DNA of 64,000 bases from Yuukianura sp. NJ FZ-2021. Taxonomy: Eukaryota. Made by a program: the position numbers and the translations under genes. The stretch spans positions 7,130,001 through 7,194,000 of the forward strand of contig CM102289.1 of NCBI GenBank assembly GCA_046563655.1, read 5' to 3'. The notes under the pieces are model-generated. The model ran no database searches. It saw only the letters and a list, made by a program, of their open reading frames with translations, and was not told the origin of the DNA. Positions 61,001 to 64,000 of the stretch are shown here, piece after piece; position 1 is the first letter of the stretch; each line of letters starts with the position of its first letter.

Positions 61001-62135
61001 TTTAGGCCTTTGCCAAGGACACTTCTCAAGTGGAGACGAAGTACAAGGATTTGAAGAAAACGAGGAATCTCGAATCCTATGTTCAATGGTTCAACAGACT
61101 GTCATACTATGTCGCAACAGAGATTTGCAAGGTTGAGTGATTGACGTTTTCAATAGCATAACCAACATTACATTAGGCTAACTTAACTTAACCTTTTACA
61201 ACATTTAGATGCCAAAAAAGAAATCACGCGTTCGCATCATCGAGTACTGGATAGAAGCTGCCAAGGAATGTTTCAATATTGGAAACTTCAATTCTCTCAT
61301 GGCAGTTATTGCTGGACTGAACATGTCTCCGGTGTCACGACTCAAAAAAACTGTACGTTAAAATTTCAAAGTTACCAAAAAATGTTAGAAATTTGAAACA
61401 AATTTTGTCCACAGTGGCATAAGGTATCCAGTGCACAACTTTCCATTTTGGAGCATCAGATGGATCCATCCTCCAACTTTTCATCATATCGTTCAACTCT
61501 GAAGGTGCGAAAAACATTTCTCAAACTGTTTTTGAATAATTTTAAAAAATTGAATTTTAAAAAAATCCAAATTGTAACTTTTTTAAACATTGTTTTTAGG
61601 CTGCTGTTTGGAGGTCGACGGGAACGGCAGATGAGAGACAAAGAATTGTCATTCCATTTTTTTCTCTCCTTGTCAAAGATCTTTACTTTCTCAACGAAGC
61701 ATGCGCGTCAAAGTGAGTTTTTGTCTATTTCTAGCACAGAAAAGAAATTGAAAGGAAATGAAATCTTGAAATTTTGGATCAGGTTACCTAGTGGTCACAT
61801 TAATGTTGACAAGTTTTGGCAGTTGGCAAAGCAAGTGACAGAAGTCATAGCTTGGCAGCAAGTCACTTGCCCCTACTCCAAAATCCAAACCCTCATCAAC
61901 TCTCTCCAAACAGCTCCGATTTTTAGTGAAACAGGTTAGCTGTTAAAATTTTTGGGAAAAATTTAAAACCTTTACATTTTTGACTTTGAATTTTCCCATA
62001 GCTCTCTGTCTATCGTCCTACGAATGTGAAGCAGCAGACAATGCACAGGAGAAGGAACGCCTCAAGTATTTGCGAAATGAAGGCAACGCCAAAAAACTTT
62101 TTTCAGGCAGTACGGAAAAAGAGGATCTCAAATAG
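52022..62135 (+). CDS. RASGEF1: RasGEF domain-containing family member 1 (RASGEF1A/B/C-like) with alternative 5' exons
   Basis: Core exons from about 59290 encode ALVYQDTTLVSGTLDALIQHLVPT..YYPDRAYVFAFLLSSRLYIKPHELL, WAELFPYDFRDERMM, LAQQLTHIELDRLSHIGPEEFVQAF, WFNRLSYYVATEIC, ECFNIGNFNSLMAVIAGLNMSPVSRLKKTW, LEHQMDPSSNFSSYRSTL and INVDKFWQLAKQV, ending EDLK*. Candidate upstream exons are 52022-52108, about 54443-54561 and about 54648-54742, with an alternative large exon at 58151-about 58804. The core is certain; the 5' exons are inferred. Confidence 0.85.
55542..55617. repeat. Short degenerate minisatellite (about 15-17-bp units), probably a transposon remnant
   Basis: tttcggagcaattgg / tttcggagtaatgcacc / tttcgaagcaattga / tttcgcagcagttca / tgcggagtaatgg. 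Confidence 0.55.
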
Positions 62136-62843
62136 TTGTGTCAAAAATTTGGATTTCAAAAACTTAGAAACTGGAGGATTTTGAAATTTACAACAATATT
62201 TGTCTACCCTTGCACCTTCTTCTTTTGGAACTGCTTTTTTAAATTGATGTTCACAGTAATTATTTCAATGACAAACTGTCTAGTCACTTAAACTGGTTGG
62301 TTACCCAGCACTAAGGTTAACCTTTTACCAAAACATTTCAAGGTTTGATGTTCACTGTATTCTGAATAAAAATTTATTCAACTTAAACATTTAACAAAGT
62401 ACTATTATTTGTTTCTATAATGATTACTTTAATATTTGCTTTGGTTGTAAAGTAGTAACGATAGCAGGTACAAAGGCATTTGGTTGCATACGAATCTATT
62501 GAACAAAAAATTATGAAGGTTATCAACAACTAGGAATCCACTGTTTGAATTTTAAATCCTTACACGCTTGCTGTATTCAAAAGTTCAAATCTCCCTAACA
62601 TTTAAAAACAACATTAGTTGAACACAAAACCTAAACTAATCGGTAAAATAATCGAGCCTAACTTCCCAACTTTAAAAACTAATTATGCTCAATGTAGTTA
62701 ATCTTGCCTAATTAAGTCAAAAGACCTTTTGGAAAAATTATTTTGGGTAGACTCGACTACTGTAGTAAAATTTGAAAAACAAAACGGAGCATACACAAAT
62801 ATTTCTAAAAACAGAACTTTTCTAGAGTTCATTAGACTACGTG

Positions 62844-64000
62844 ATGGTCCAGTTTAACACATTAATACTGTTCTGCTTCACGGCTGTTCAACTTACTGAT
62901 CATCAACATTTTCTCAAAGGTAACCCGTTAATTAGTTGTTAAATTTTTAATTATTTTTAGTTTATTTTTGAAAAATAGTGTGGAGACATAAAAGCTATTG
63001 CTCTTTATATATTTACAGTCAAGCACGTTGGACACAATTTGCTCAGCGTCGTTAGTCGCAGTGAATACGCATGCGTAAGAAAAAGATGTCGCATTGCTAT
63101 AATTTCTGACCATAGTGATCCAGCGTTAGAAGAACTTGGGACAGAGGGGGCTGGAGGTCAAAATGTTTACGTGCGACAATTTGGGGAGCATTTGTCGCAA
63201 CTCGGCTGGGACGTTGATATGTTCACACGGCAGTGGCGGAAACAGCCGAGGATTGTTCGTCATAATCCGAATTGTCGGACGATTAGACTTAGAGCTGGTC
63301 CGTTTGAAAATATACATCGAGATATTCTACTACCTCATATGGACGAATTCTTAAAGTCATTTCTACACTTTCAAGGGCAAAATAATGTTACATACGATGT
63401 GATTCATACAAACTACTGGTTGTCAGGAGTCGTCGGGGTCAAGGTCAAGCACATTTCCCCTTCAATACCGCTTGTGCATGTGTTTCACTCTTTAGGAAAG
63501 GTCAAGGACAATTGGCTTCAAGGTCAAAGGTCATCAAGAACAAATATTTCAGTTCATACGGGTACCAACGAGAGAATTGAAGCTGAACAAAAGATACTGG
63601 ATGAAGCCGATTTGATAATTGCTACCAGTCCTCATGAAGCGCAAGATTTTGAACGCCATTATTCAACATCAAAGTTCAGAAAAAATGTTGTCGTGGTTCC
63701 AGCGGGGGTGAACTTGGATCACTTTGGGGTCACGGGGTCACGTGACACAAAAATTCAAGCCCGCGAAAAGCTTAGCTTAAACCCAAATTCAAAATTGGTT
63801 CTTTACGTAGGAAGATTTGACCGCCGAAAAGGCATTGACGTACTGGTTGAAGCGATTAGCCAATCAGCGTTCCGCGATGACCCGAACTTTCAACTTGTGA
63901 TTGCAGGCGGAACGACTGAGGGAATGGCAGACGAAGTTGAATTCAAACAAATACGAAGATTAGTTCATCAAAGAGACATGCAGAATTCTACAAAGTTTCC
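62844..64000 (+). CDS. GT4 glycosyltransferase resembling cyanobacterial sucrose-phosphate synthase (MshA/SPS group); exon 1 62844-62919, intron 62920-63018, exon 2 63019 to beyond 64000 (runs off the window)
   Basis: Open frame with no stops: CRIAIISDHSDPALEELGTEGAGGQNVYVRQFGEHLSQLGWDVDMFTRQ..HNPNCRTIRLRAGP..YDVIHTNYWLSGVVG..VHVFHSLGKVK..RIEAEQKILDEADLIIATSPHEAQ..VVPAGVNLDHF..AREKLSLNPNSKLVLYVGRFDRRKGIDVLVEAI..LVIAGG. The phase-1 intron runs G|gtaacc to tttacag|TC. Confidence 0.9.

Noticed and set aside
63136..63354. ORF-track 72-aa ORF, and the antisense 63-aa ORF at 63126-63317
   Set aside because: These are off-frame or antisense shadows of the glycosyltransferase exon.
62135..64000. Possibility that the bacterial-like glycosyltransferase is a contaminant join
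   Set aside because: The flank is host-like AT-rich DNA and there is an in-phase spliceosomal intron with an upstream exon. Read-level confirmation is still advisable.

Overview
This window is AT-rich, gene-dense eukaryotic (animal) DNA with many short GT-AG introns. The gene repertoire points to a hexapod, most likely a springtail (Collembola); that assignment is inference. In order it contains: the 3' part of a GH18 chitinase; a convergent CBM14-GH19 chitinase; two intronless divergent ionotropic receptors; a tandem pair of inter-alpha-trypsin inhibitor heavy chain-like genes; a catalytically dead astacin; two odorant-binding proteins; an orphan gene; two SLC35E/TPT-like transporters; an EB-module cysteine-rich protein; a clip-domain-only peptide; a third ionotropic receptor; NAF1; a START/SRPBCC-like gene; a gustatory receptor; DHCR24; and a RASGEF1-family gene with long introns, preceded by a hAT-type MITE. 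The most striking feature is at the right edge and is missing from the ORF track. It is a GT4 glycosyltransferase that closely follows cyanobacterial (Nostoc/Anabaena-type) sucrose-phosphate synthase and carries a spliceosomal intron and a signal-peptide-like first exon, so it looks like a domesticated horizontal transfer. The GH19 chitinase fused to an animal CBM14 domain is a second transfer candidate. Exon boundaries were read by eye and family assignments rest on motif recognition; no database searches were run.
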